DNA of 64,000 nt, taken from Maribacter sp. Its GTDB lineage: Bacteria > Bacteroidota > Bacteroidia > Flavobacteriales > Flavobacteriaceae. Numbering within the stretch: the stretch's first letter is position 1; every line of letters begins with the position of its first letter. The stretch covers positions 10,042-74,041 of the forward strand of contig CBFIGW010000001.1 of NCBI GenBank assembly GCA_965662155.1, written 5' to 3'. This document shows positions 28,431 to 37,070 of the stretch, piece by piece. The notes under the pieces are model-generated. The model did no database searches and was not told where the DNA came from. It worked only from the letters and a program-made list of their open reading frames with translations. The translations under genes were made by a program, and so were the position numbers.

Positions 28431-30560
28431 ATGACTTATAAAACTCCGTATCGTTTTGGCTATCTGTTTATACTTGTGTTGGTCTTTAGTTGTTCAGATA
28501 CTGAAAAAGAAATAATCTCCCATAATAAATACACTACTTGGTCTACCTATCTGGGTGATCCGGGCCGTAGCCATTATTCTACTTTATCGGAAATCACAAA
28601 AGAAAACATCAACCAACTTAAAGTTGCCTGGACCTACGAGGCACAGGATTGGGGTCAAATGCAAATGAACCCAATAATAGTAGATTCAATTTTATATGGG
28701 GTCACAGCTGCGCTACGTTTAGTGGCTTTAAAAGCCGATACCGGTAAAGAACTTTGGCAATTTGGGGACTCGGTTAAGGTCTGGCATTCTACTAGTAGGG
28801 GCGTTTCGTATTGGGAAAAGGATAATGACAAGCGTATTTTATGTACAAGAGGTGCCAACCTATACGCTTTAAATGCTTTAACTGGTGAGCCAATTTCATC
28901 ATTTGGAGATAATGGCAGTATTGACCTACGCTCAGGCATGCCAAAAAGCGCAAGTAATAAATTTGTGATTTCAAATACACCGGGAACCATTTTTAAAGAT
29001 TTAATTGTTATGCCCTTACGAATTTCAGAGGGTTCCGGTGCTGCGCCCGGGGATGTAATGGCGTTTAATGTAATTACTGGGGATTTAGAGTGGGTGTTTC
29101 ATACCATACCGCATCCCGGCGAATATGGGTATGAGACTTGGGAAGATAGTGCCGCATACAAAAGCCCCGTAGTGGGTGCCGCAAACAACTGGGCAGGAAT
29201 GGCCGTAGATGAAAAGGCCGAGATTATTTACATTCCTACAGGTTCCGCTGCTCCAGATTTTTATGGGGGTGTCCGTTTGGGTCAAAATTTATATGCTAAT
29301 TCTATGTTGGCGCTTAATGCCAACACCGGCGAAAGAATTTGGCATTATCAATTTACACATCATGACATCTGGGACCGTGACCCGCCTGCCCCGCCAAATT
29401 TACTTTACATTGAACGTGATGGTAAAAAAATTCCTGCCGTGGCACAAGTCACAAAACAAGGTTACGTATATGTTTTTAATAGGTTAACCGGAGAGCCATT
29501 GTTTGATATTGAAGAGGTTGCCTTTCCTCCTTCTTCCTTAAAAGGAGAGGTTGCCTGGACTACCCAGCCTATTCCTAATAGACCAAAGCCCTTTGCGCGA
29601 TTATCTCAAGACCTTACCGAAAAAGATATTAGCCCGTTTGCGGAAAATAAAGATGAACTATTGGAACTATTTCGAGCTTCCGAAAAAGGAATGTATGCGC
29701 CACCAAACACATCGCCCACGCTTTTATTGCCCGGATATGATGGGGCTGCAGAATGGGGCGGAGCATCTGCCGACCCTGATGACGGTATACTATATGTGAA
29801 TTCCAATGAAATGGCCTGGATATTACAAATGGAGGAAAATAAAACAGACCTAAATAATAAGCCTTTAGGTGAATCACTTTATAACAACTATTGTGTTAGC
29901 TGTCATCAACCCGATAGAAAAGGTAATATGGCCAGTGGATTTCCATCACTAATTGATATCGGATTAAAGAAAGAAAAATCAGAAGTAAGTCATATTGTAA
30001 AAAATGGAAAGGGAATGATGACCGGTTTCCCGCAATTATCTAATGAAGAGATAGACGCTCTTCTACTGTTTTTGTACAACGAGGAAATACAGCACACCGT
30101 AATAGAGTCCGTCACAAAGTCCGAAATGGAAATGGTTCCCTATAAGCATACTGGATATACCAAGTTTTTAGATAATCAAGGATTGCCGGCAATTAGTCCT
30201 CCCTGGGGAACACTGCACGCTATAAATTTAAACACGGGCGAATACAAATGGTCAGTGCCACTAGGCAACACTCCGGAGCTGGGCGAAAAAGGAATTGGGA
30301 CTGGGGTTGAAAATTATGGTGGTGCCATTGTAACTCAAAACGGATTGTTGTTTATAGCCGCAACCAGAGATGGGTTTTTTAGGATTTTTGACAAAGAAAC
30401 AGGTGAGCTGCTTTGGGAATATGAACTTCCTGCACCAGCTTTTGCAACCCCTGCAATGTACGAAGTACATGGCAAACAATATATAACAATAGCCTGCGGA
30501 GGAGAAAAGCTTGGAACAAAAAAGGGAAATACGATACTGGCCTTTGCGTTGGAGAGATAA
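28431..30560 (+). CDS. PQQ-dependent (quinoprotein) dehydrogenase beta-propeller with an embedded c-type cytochrome module, lipoprotein
   Basis: Quinoprotein N-terminus WSTYLGDPGRSHYSTLSEI...LKVAWTY. Heme motif CVSCH with a downstream KNGKGMMTGFP. Propeller blades resume after it (GTLHAINLNTGEYKW...GGAIVTQNGLLFIAATRDG). The ATG at 28431 gives a signal peptide ending LVFSCSD. Confidence 0.85.
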   Translation: MTYKTPYRFGYLFILVLVFSCSDTEKEIISHNKYTTWSTYLGDPGRSHYSTLSEITKENINQLKVAWTYEAQDWGQMQMNPIIVDSILYGVTAALRLVALKADTGKELWQFGDSVKVWHSTSRGVSYWEKDNDKRILCTRGANLYALNALTGEPISSFGDNGSIDLRSGMPKSASNKFVISNTPGTIFKDLIVMPLRISEGSGAAPGDVMAFNVITGDLEWVFHTIPHPGEYGYETWEDSAAYKSPVVGAANNWAGMAVDEKAEIIYIPTGSAAPDFYGGVRLGQNLYANSMLALNANTGERIWHYQFTHHDIWDRDPPAPPNLLYIERDGKKIPAVAQVTKQGYVYVFNRLTGEPLFDIEEVAFPPSSLKGEVAWTTQPIPNRPKPFARLSQDLTEKDISPFAENKDELLELFRASEKGMYAPPNTSPTLLLPGYDGAAEWGGASADPDDGILYVNSNEMAWILQMEENKTDLNNKPLGESLYNNYCVSCHQPDRKGNMASGFPSLIDIGLKKEKSEVSHIVKNGKGMMTGFPQLSNEEIDALLLFLYNEEIQHTVIESVTKSEMEMVPYKHTGYTKFLDNQGLPAISPPWGTLHAINLNTGEYKWSVPLGNTPELGEKGIGTGVENYGGAIVTQNGLLFIAATRDGFFRIFDKETGELLWEYELPAPAFATPAMYEVHGKQYITIACGGEKLGTKKGNTILAFALER

Positions 30561-30585
30561 CAAAAGATATTCAATATGGTGACTA

Positions 30586-30618
30586 TTTGTAAAACTGATA
30601 TTTTAAGGCTTATATTTA
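30586..30618 (+). promoter_or_regulatory. Candidate Bacteroidetes promoter (TTTG-N21-TATATTTA) for the acyl-CoA synthetase operon
   Basis: TTTG lies at 30586-30589 and TATATTTA at 30611-30618 (7/8 match to TAnnTTTG). The -7 box spans exactly -12..-5 relative to the A of the ATG at 30623. Confidence 0.4.
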
Positions 30619-30622
30619 GGCC

Positions 30623-32101
30623 ATGTTATCAATATTTGAACGCGCAGAAAGGTTTAAGGATAGAAAAGCTATCCACTCCAATAATCAAGATTATACATAC
30701 GCAGATTTAAACAGGGCATCCAATTCCGTAGCTGCCAATTTATTAAAAGATTCCCAAGACCTCAACGAAGGGCGAATCACATTTTTAGTGCCGCCATCCT
30801 TTGAATATACAGCGGTAGAATGGGGTATTTGGAAAGCGGGCGGCATAGCTGTTCCCTTATGTGTATTGCACCCATTGCCATCAATTCAGTATGTGCTAGA
30901 AGATACACAGGCAGAAATGGTTATAGCCCATGAAGATTTTATTGAATTCTTAAAGCCCTTGAAGACCACATTAGGTATTACTTTGGTTTCTTTAAAAAGT
31001 ATTCTTGAGGAAAACACATCGGCACTTCCAGAATTGGAGCCAAGCCGTAGAGCCATGATTTTATATACCAGTGGCACAACTAGCAAGCCAAAAGGTGTTG
31101 TAACCACACATGCCAATATAGAGGCTCAAATCACAACTTTAGTAAATGCTTGGGAATGGGAAAAGGATGATTATATATTGAATATATTACCATTACACCA
31201 TGTACATGGCATCATCAATGTTATGAGCTGTGCTTTATGGAGCGGTGCCTGCTGTGAATTCTTGCCTAAATTTAACGATGAAAAAGTTTGGGACATTATC
31301 AAATCCGGTAGATTAACTCTGTTTATGGCGGTGCCTACCATTTATTACAAACTGATAGCTTTTTGGGAAAAAGCAAGTGAAAAACAACAAGAAGAATTAT
31401 CCGAAGCCGCCTCTAAACTTCGTCTTATGGTTTCTGGTTCTGCAGCTTTGCCTGTGCCCGTTCTAGAAAAATGGAGAACTATTTCTAGTCAAACCCTATT
31501 GGAACGTTATGGAATGACAGAAATTGGAATGGGGCTTTCCAACTCTTATAGAAATGAACGAAGACCGGGCCATGTTGGTTTGCCTTTGCCGGGTGTTGAA
31601 ATGCGATTGGTTGATAGCAACAATAAGAAGGTTGGTGCAAATGAACCTGGAGAATTCCAAATTAAAGGGCCAAGTGTGTTTAAGGAATATTGGCAGAAAC
31701 CAGAGGCAACCCAAAAAGCATTTACGGAAGATGGTTGGTTTATCACTGGCGATATTGGCATGCTAAATAATGGGCTATATAAAATTCTTGGACGCGACAG
31801 TGTTGATATTATAAAATCTGGTGGTTATAAGATATCAGCCCTAGAAATAGAAGATGTATTGCGCAAACATGAACAAATTAATGATTGTGCCGTAGTGGGT
31901 TTACCAGATGAGGAGTGGGGAGAATTAATTGCTGCCTGCCTTATTTCCACTTCTGAAGAACTGGATACCAAAGCGCTTTCTAATTGGTTAAAGACCCAGA
32001 TGCCAGCTTATAAGCTTCCTAGAAAATATGTGCTAGCGAGAGAACTACCAAGAAATGTGCTGGGAAAAGTTACTAAAAACGAAGTCAAAAAACTATTCTA
32101 A
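30623..32101 (+). CDS. AMP-forming acyl-CoA synthetase (ANL superfamily, malonyl/medium-chain type)
   Basis: 492 aa. AMP-binding motif YTSGTTSKPKGV, then TGDIG...GRDSVDIIKSGGYKIS and a C-terminal GKVTKNE lysine. Confidence 0.88.
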   Translation: MLSIFERAERFKDRKAIHSNNQDYTYADLNRASNSVAANLLKDSQDLNEGRITFLVPPSFEYTAVEWGIWKAGGIAVPLCVLHPLPSIQYVLEDTQAEMVIAHEDFIEFLKPLKTTLGITLVSLKSILEENTSALPELEPSRRAMILYTSGTTSKPKGVVTTHANIEAQITTLVNAWEWEKDDYILNILPLHHVHGIINVMSCALWSGACCEFLPKFNDEKVWDIIKSGRLTLFMAVPTIYYKLIAFWEKASEKQQEELSEAASKLRLMVSGSAALPVPVLEKWRTISSQTLLERYGMTEIGMGLSNSYRNERRPGHVGLPLPGVEMRLVDSNNKKVGANEPGEFQIKGPSVFKEYWQKPEATQKAFTEDGWFITGDIGMLNNGLYKILGRDSVDIIKSGGYKISALEIEDVLRKHEQINDCAVVGLPDEEWGELIAACLISTSEELDTKALSNWLKTQMPAYKLPRKYVLARELPRNVLGKVTKNEVKKLF

Positions 32102-32120
32102 CATAAAACAATAACGCATA

Positions 32121-32240
32121 ATGGATCTACTCACTTGGCTTCCCTATCTTGGTATATTGGTTTTGGTAATTGCCAATGCTATTCTTGTTGCTAAAAGGAA
32201 TATTACCGTGGATGACAACGACCATAACCCTGAGCACTAA
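32121..32240 (+). CDS. 39-aa single-TM small protein, likely symporter accessory subunit (not in the ORF track)
   Basis: ATG at 32121. Translation is MDLLTWLPYLGILVLVIANAILVAKRNITVDDNDHNPEH. The stop TAA (32238-32240) overlaps the symporter ATG (32240-32242) as TAATG. Confidence 0.6.
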   Translation: MDLLTWLPYLGILVLVIANAILVAKRNITVDDNDHNPEH

Positions 32241-33766
32241 TGGATTATTTTTACGAACATTATGTAACCCTTATTTTAACCTCTTTATATGTTGGCGGTT
32301 GTCTTTATATCGGATGGTTTTTTAAAAAAAAGGCTGCCCAGGGCGTAGAGGGTTTTTATGTGGCAAAACGAGAAATACCGGGATGGGTCATCTCATTGGC
32401 CTTCTTTTCTACATCTGCCAGCACCAACACCTATATTGGCCAAGCGGGAAAATCTTTTGAATATGGCCTTTCGTGGGCCTGGATGGGACTCATATGGACA
32501 CTTTTCTGTATAATTTCTTGGCAATTACTCGGGCCTAAAATGCGTTTTCAAACAGCACGTTTAAAATCATTTACCATTCCAGACTATTTTCATTTAAGAT
32601 ACAAAAGCAACTTGGCAAAAAGTATTAGGGTACTTTCTGCCATCATTATATTGTTTGCAACGCTCTGGTATATGATTGGAATTGCAAAAGGATGTGCTCA
32701 TGTATTGACTTCGGTTTTGGATATTCCTTATGAATATGGGTCCTTTGCTATTATAGCCGTAACCTGTGCATATACCATTTGGGGTGGTATGTATAGTGTT
32801 TTATGGACGGATGCACTACAAGGAATTATCATGTTTGGCGTTGCTATTTTAATGTTAGCTATTCCGTTTGTGTATGTAGGTGGAGTAGATGAGCTTTTTG
32901 AGGTCATATCAACTACAGAACATCTTACGAAGTCCGGGGCACCTATTAAATCTGGACTAGTGACCTTTGGAGAACTTGTATCCTTTCTATATATAATAGG
33001 TATTGGTTTGGCCGTAGGAATGAAGCAAATATCAGAGCCTAAAAATTTAATTAGATTCTATTCCATCAATAACGCAAAAAGCATGCGTTTTGCCATGATT
33101 TGGACACCTGTTTTTTTAGGGATTTCCCTTGTGTGTGTTATGGGGCTTGGCGCATTGGTGCACGGAATGGCAACAATGGATGAGGCCAACTACCTAATTA
33201 ACCATACAGATGAAGTGGTGGGTTTTATGTTGGATAAGTTTGACAATAAATTGGTAAGTGGTATTTGTGTGGCCGGATTATTTGCTGCTGGAATGTCATC
33301 TTTAGCTTCGGTAATCATAATTATTGGAACCGCATTTGTTAAAGACATCTGGCATGTTGCCAAACCAATGAAAGAATCTAAAATTATACCTAGAACTAAA
33401 TGGTTTATGGGCATCTATTGTGTCATTGTTTTCTTAATGACATTGTATCCTATGGCGGGCATAGTTGAGTTGACAGCATTTGCGGGGGCTGTTTTCGCCG
33501 CTAGTTTTTTCCCGGCTATTTTTGGTGGGCTTTATTTAAAATGGGGTACGGACCTTGGGGCCATGGCATCAATGATCATGGGTATGGTAACCAATATTGT
33601 ATGGCGATTTGTTTTTAGATTTAATTATGAAGCCTTAAAGGATATTCACGAAGTGATACCGGCATTTATTATTGCCATGCTTACTTATATTGTAGTTAGT
33701 TTGCTTAGTAAAGACAGACGCCCAGATGCTGCTCATTTGGCAAATTTATTTGGCACCAAAAACTAA
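32240..33766 (+). CDS. Sodium:solute symporter (SSS) family transporter
   Basis: 508 aa with about 13 TM helices. SSS-like segments include GFYVAKREIPGWV and WGGMYSVLWTDALQG. Confidence 0.85.
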   Translation: MDYFYEHYVTLILTSLYVGGCLYIGWFFKKKAAQGVEGFYVAKREIPGWVISLAFFSTSASTNTYIGQAGKSFEYGLSWAWMGLIWTLFCIISWQLLGPKMRFQTARLKSFTIPDYFHLRYKSNLAKSIRVLSAIIILFATLWYMIGIAKGCAHVLTSVLDIPYEYGSFAIIAVTCAYTIWGGMYSVLWTDALQGIIMFGVAILMLAIPFVYVGGVDELFEVISTTEHLTKSGAPIKSGLVTFGELVSFLYIIGIGLAVGMKQISEPKNLIRFYSINNAKSMRFAMIWTPVFLGISLVCVMGLGALVHGMATMDEANYLINHTDEVVGFMLDKFDNKLVSGICVAGLFAAGMSSLASVIIIIGTAFVKDIWHVAKPMKESKIIPRTKWFMGIYCVIVFLMTLYPMAGIVELTAFAGAVFAASFFPAIFGGLYLKWGTDLGAMASMIMGMVTNIVWRFVFRFNYEALKDIHEVIPAFIIAMLTYIVVSLLSKDRRPDAAHLANLFGTKN

Positions 33767-33773
33767 TTCTATT

Positions 33774-34964
33774 TTACTTGGCAATATTAAAAGTAAAACT
33801 TTTCTGAAGGTCGATCAGGGCTTTGTCCTTTTCGTTAAGCATCCTGTTGGATCTTAAGTAACGGTTAAAGTTGTATTCGTCAAAATTAGAAGCATTTTTG
33901 TCCATGCTGTTAATACGCACTCTTTCGGAGGCATGTATAAATTCATTATTGCCGATCCACATACCCACATGTACCACTTTTTCAGCTGTAGAATCCGTAG
34001 CCTTTCTCCCAAAAAACAACAAGTCCCCCTTTTCCAAAGCCTCAAAGTTTCTGGTTGAATCTATTGGTTTGCCAGCATATACTTGTTGGGAGGCGTCCCG
34101 GGGAATTATTACACCGTTTAAGAAGTATACTGTTTTTGTAAACCCGCTACAGTCCATTCCTTTTGTTGATGTGCCACCCCACAAGTAGGGAACCCCCAAT
34201 AAGCTTTTGGATGTTGAGACCAAGTCCTCCTTTTCAGTTTTTAAGTTTTCTAACCAACTATCATACATTTGGGCCTCTTCTTTTAATACAGAAGCCTGCC
34301 TCCCATCAGGAAAAGTAACATAGTATACCTTATCGTTTTTCTTAGAAAGCTCTAACACACTACCCGCCACTAAATCCGAGACGGGTTGTTTACTATCAAG
34401 GTCCAAAAAAGCATGCCCATAGGTTTTTGTATAAATAATCTTCTCATTTTTTTTCCATTGTTCGAGTCGGGCCTCATCCATTAAGGTAATTCCACCTGCA
34501 TCTACCCATGCCAAATAGTTGTCTGGCGCTTGAATGTAATACCAACTTCCCTCCCTTTTCCAAACTTTTAAAGGAGTGCCCAGAGTAGCCTGCGTTACCA
34601 GTTCAGCAGAATGTTTTGGATTGCTTCTTAAATTGGCTACAGAAATTGTCACCAAGGCATTGGTTTTATCTCCTAATGAGGCAGCAGGTAAGATTTGTAT
34701 ACTATCTATAATTTCAACATCATAATCCTGAATTTCCTTCCTAAGTTTATCTACAGCGTCCGCTAAGTTACTTTCGCCCTTAAGCAGATAAGCTTCGTTT
34801 TGTTTTATAGCTTCTATTTTAAATAATGCTACCCGCTTGTCAGGCGCAACCTCCTGTTGTAGTTTGTCAATATATTCTTGAACAAAGTTCGTGTCATTAA
34901 CTGTGGAATTACACCCGAAAGTCAATAATAATGTTGCGATAAAACTAACTTTTTTAAAGTCCAT
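33774..34964 (-). CDS. NlpC/P60 (C40) cell-wall peptidase lipoprotein with SH3b-like domains
   Basis: Lipobox LLLTFGCNS. The C-terminal catalytic region has GVPYLWGGTSTKGMDCSGF (Cys) and VVHVGMWIG (His). Confidence 0.88.
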   Translation of the reverse strand: MDFKKVSFIATLLLTFGCNSTVNDTNFVQEYIDKLQQEVAPDKRVALFKIEAIKQNEAYLLKGESNLADAVDKLRKEIQDYDVEIIDSIQILPAASLGDKTNALVTISVANLRSNPKHSAELVTQATLGTPLKVWKREGSWYYIQAPDNYLAWVDAGGITLMDEARLEQWKKNEKIIYTKTYGHAFLDLDSKQPVSDLVAGSVLELSKKNDKVYYVTFPDGRQASVLKEEAQMYDSWLENLKTEKEDLVSTSKSLLGVPYLWGGTSTKGMDCSGFTKTVYFLNGVIIPRDASQQVYAGKPIDSTRNFEALEKGDLLFFGRKATDSTAEKVVHVGMWIGNNEFIHASERVRINSMDKNASNFDEYNFNRYLRSNRMLNEKDKALIDLQKSFTFNIAK

Positions 34965-35146
34965 TTTCTAAAAGGTTTTGATAAACGATATAAGGATTAC
35001 GATACAACCAAAAAATGAAGGGTAACTTTCCCGTACACCTGTTCAAACATTTAAAATCTACATTATCAAGTAAAAATAAGGAATAGGAAAAACTTGTGAG
35101 GGGTTCTTGTTGAATCTAGCCGTTAAAATTAGCTAAATTAGCATTC

Positions 35147-36373
35147 ATGAAAAAGTTAAGTGTCATTGAACTTTTTGCGGGAGTTGGCGGATTTCGTCTG
35201 GGTCTGGAACAGTCTGGTGGTTATGAAATTGTATGGAGCAACCAATGGGAGCCAAGCACTAAAACACAACATGCTTCTAAAGTATATGAAGCTAGATTTG
35301 GTCCTAAAAACCACAGTAATACCGATATTTCCGAGGTTGAAACCAAAAATATTCCTGATGCGGATATTTTGGTCGGTGGATTTCCTTGCCAAGATTATTC
35401 AGTAGCAACAACCCTACAAAACTCAAAAGGGTTAATTGGGAAAAAGGGCGTATTATGGTGGAGCATCCATAAAATCCTTTACGAAAAAAAAAATCCGCCC
35501 AAATATTTATTTCTTGAAAATGTAGATAGGTTACTCAAATCACCTTCCGGTCAACGTGGCCGTGATTTTGCCATTATGCTCAAAAGCTTGGATGATTTAG
35601 GTTACGCGGTTGAGTGGCGCGTTATCAACGCGGCAGAATATGGCATGCCGCAAAGAAGAAGGCGTATATTTTTCCTTGGATATCATAAAAGCACTGACAT
35701 TTATAATACCATAAAAAATTCAAGTGCAACTAGTTGGGTGTATACGGAAGGGGTTGTTGCCAAAGCCTTCCCTATTATAAATACTTCGCAAAACTTTAGT
35801 TCGTTTACAATTGACAAAGATTTGGTAACCCTATCAAATACTTTTAACAAAGGTGAAAAACTATCCCCATTTCTTAATACTGGAATTTTTATTGATGGTA
35901 AGGTACATACCGCCAAAACTACAGTAGACTACGACGGAAGAAAAACGGTATTGGGAGATATTCTTATAAATGAACCGATAGCAGATGATTATCTTATTCC
36001 TCTTGAAGACCTAGAAAAGTGGGAATACCTAAAAGGAGCAAAAAAAGAAATCCGTACTGCAAAAACCGGATTTTCATATAATTATAGTGAAGGTAGTATG
36101 GTTTTTCCAGATGCTTTGGACAACGCTTCTAGAACAATAATTACGGGAGAGGGCGGTAAAAGCCCATCACGATTTAAGCATGTGGTACAGACAACTCAAG
36201 GTCTCCGGAGATTAACCCCTGTAGAATTAGAGCGGTTAAATATGTTTCCTGACAACCATACCCAATTAGAGGGCATTTCAGATACTAAAAGAGCCTTTTT
36301 TATGGGAAATGCATTAGTAGTTGGTGTGGTAGAAAAAATCGCAGATGAATTATTTAACACTATAAATTCTTAA
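35147..36373 (+). CDS. DNA (cytosine-5)-methyltransferase of a type II R-M system
   Basis: Motif I ELFAGVGGF, IV GGFPCQDYS, VI LFLENV, VIII QRRRRIFF, IX SRTIITG, X GNALVVGVV, with a long variable (TRD) region between VIII and IX. Confidence 0.93.
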   Translation: MKKLSVIELFAGVGGFRLGLEQSGGYEIVWSNQWEPSTKTQHASKVYEARFGPKNHSNTDISEVETKNIPDADILVGGFPCQDYSVATTLQNSKGLIGKKGVLWWSIHKILYEKKNPPKYLFLENVDRLLKSPSGQRGRDFAIMLKSLDDLGYAVEWRVINAAEYGMPQRRRRIFFLGYHKSTDIYNTIKNSSATSWVYTEGVVAKAFPIINTSQNFSSFTIDKDLVTLSNTFNKGEKLSPFLNTGIFIDGKVHTAKTTVDYDGRKTVLGDILINEPIADDYLIPLEDLEKWEYLKGAKKEIRTAKTGFSYNYSEGSMVFPDALDNASRTIITGEGGKSPSRFKHVVQTTQGLRRLTPVELERLNMFPDNHTQLEGISDTKRAFFMGNALVVGVVEKIADELFNTINS

Positions 36374-36378
36374 GTGTT

Positions 36379-36993
36379 TTGAAATTACAAAGCTCTTTTA
36401 AATCAGACCTTAAAAAAGAGCAACAACTTACCTTCTTGTTAAATACATATTACACTAAAAATTTAAAATTTTACGATTTTGAACGTGTTTCCGATTTAAA
36501 AAGACAATTAGCGGGAATAGATGTCATATTTACACACAAAACTACAGGAGTATCCTTTAATATTGATGAAAAGGCACAATTAGATTATATAAATGAAGAT
36601 TTGCCAACGTTTGCCTTCGAATTAAAATATCAAAAAAAAGGCGTCAATAAAAAAGGGTGGCTGTTTGATGATAAAAAACAAACCCATTTCTACGCTTTGA
36701 TTACAGGAATTTACCAAGACGCCCCATATATTTTTACCTCATGTAAAATTACGTTGGTAAACAGGAAAAAATTACTTGCCTTTTTAACTCAATTGGGAAT
36801 ACGTGAAAATACACTATACGATTATGTTGCAACAAACGATAGTTTAAACGGTAAATTTCCTATTGCTGAATTGAATCCCAAAAATGAAGGATATCTATTT
36901 GCATCAAGAAATAACAAAGCAGAAAAACCTCTGAATTTAATCTTGAAATTAGAATTTTTAATTGAAAATGGAATTGCCAAAAGGCTTGTATAA
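36379..36993 (+). CDS. Candidate type II restriction endonuclease (PD-(D/E)xK-like), TTG-initiated
   Basis: 204-codon ORF starting 6 nt after the methyltransferase stop. The frame contains no ATG, so the start must be non-ATG; the ORF track places it at the TTG at 36379. A possible catalytic core is AGIDV-X13-IDEKA (D...D-E-K). No family was recognised by eye. Confidence 0.55.
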   Translation: MKLQSSFKSDLKKEQQLTFLLNTYYTKNLKFYDFERVSDLKRQLAGIDVIFTHKTTGVSFNIDEKAQLDYINEDLPTFAFELKYQKKGVNKKGWLFDDKKQTHFYALITGIYQDAPYIFTSCKITLVNRKKLLAFLTQLGIRENTLYDYVATNDSLNGKFPIAELNPKNEGYLFASRNNKAEKPLNLILKLEFLIENGIAKRLV

Positions 36994-37034
36994 AGATTCG
37001 TTCACAATCTAAATACTTATACAGGATTTACCGT

Positions 37035-37042
37035 TAATTTTG
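37035..37042 (+). promoter_or_regulatory. Candidate -7 promoter box (TAATTTTG)
   Basis: Perfect TAnnTTTG match 29 nt upstream of the ATG at 37071. This suggests the downstream membrane-protein gene is transcribed independently of the R-M pair. Confidence 0.3.
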
Positions 37043-37070
37043 ATAACACGTAGTTGTTGTAAAATTATAA

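Noticed and set aside
35120-37042. CCGTTAA on both sides of the R-M pair (35120-35126 and 37031-37037) as a possible target-site duplication marking an insertion.
   Set aside because: It is only 7 nt in AT-rich DNA, which is easily chance. No integrase, transposase or inverted terminal repeats accompany it.
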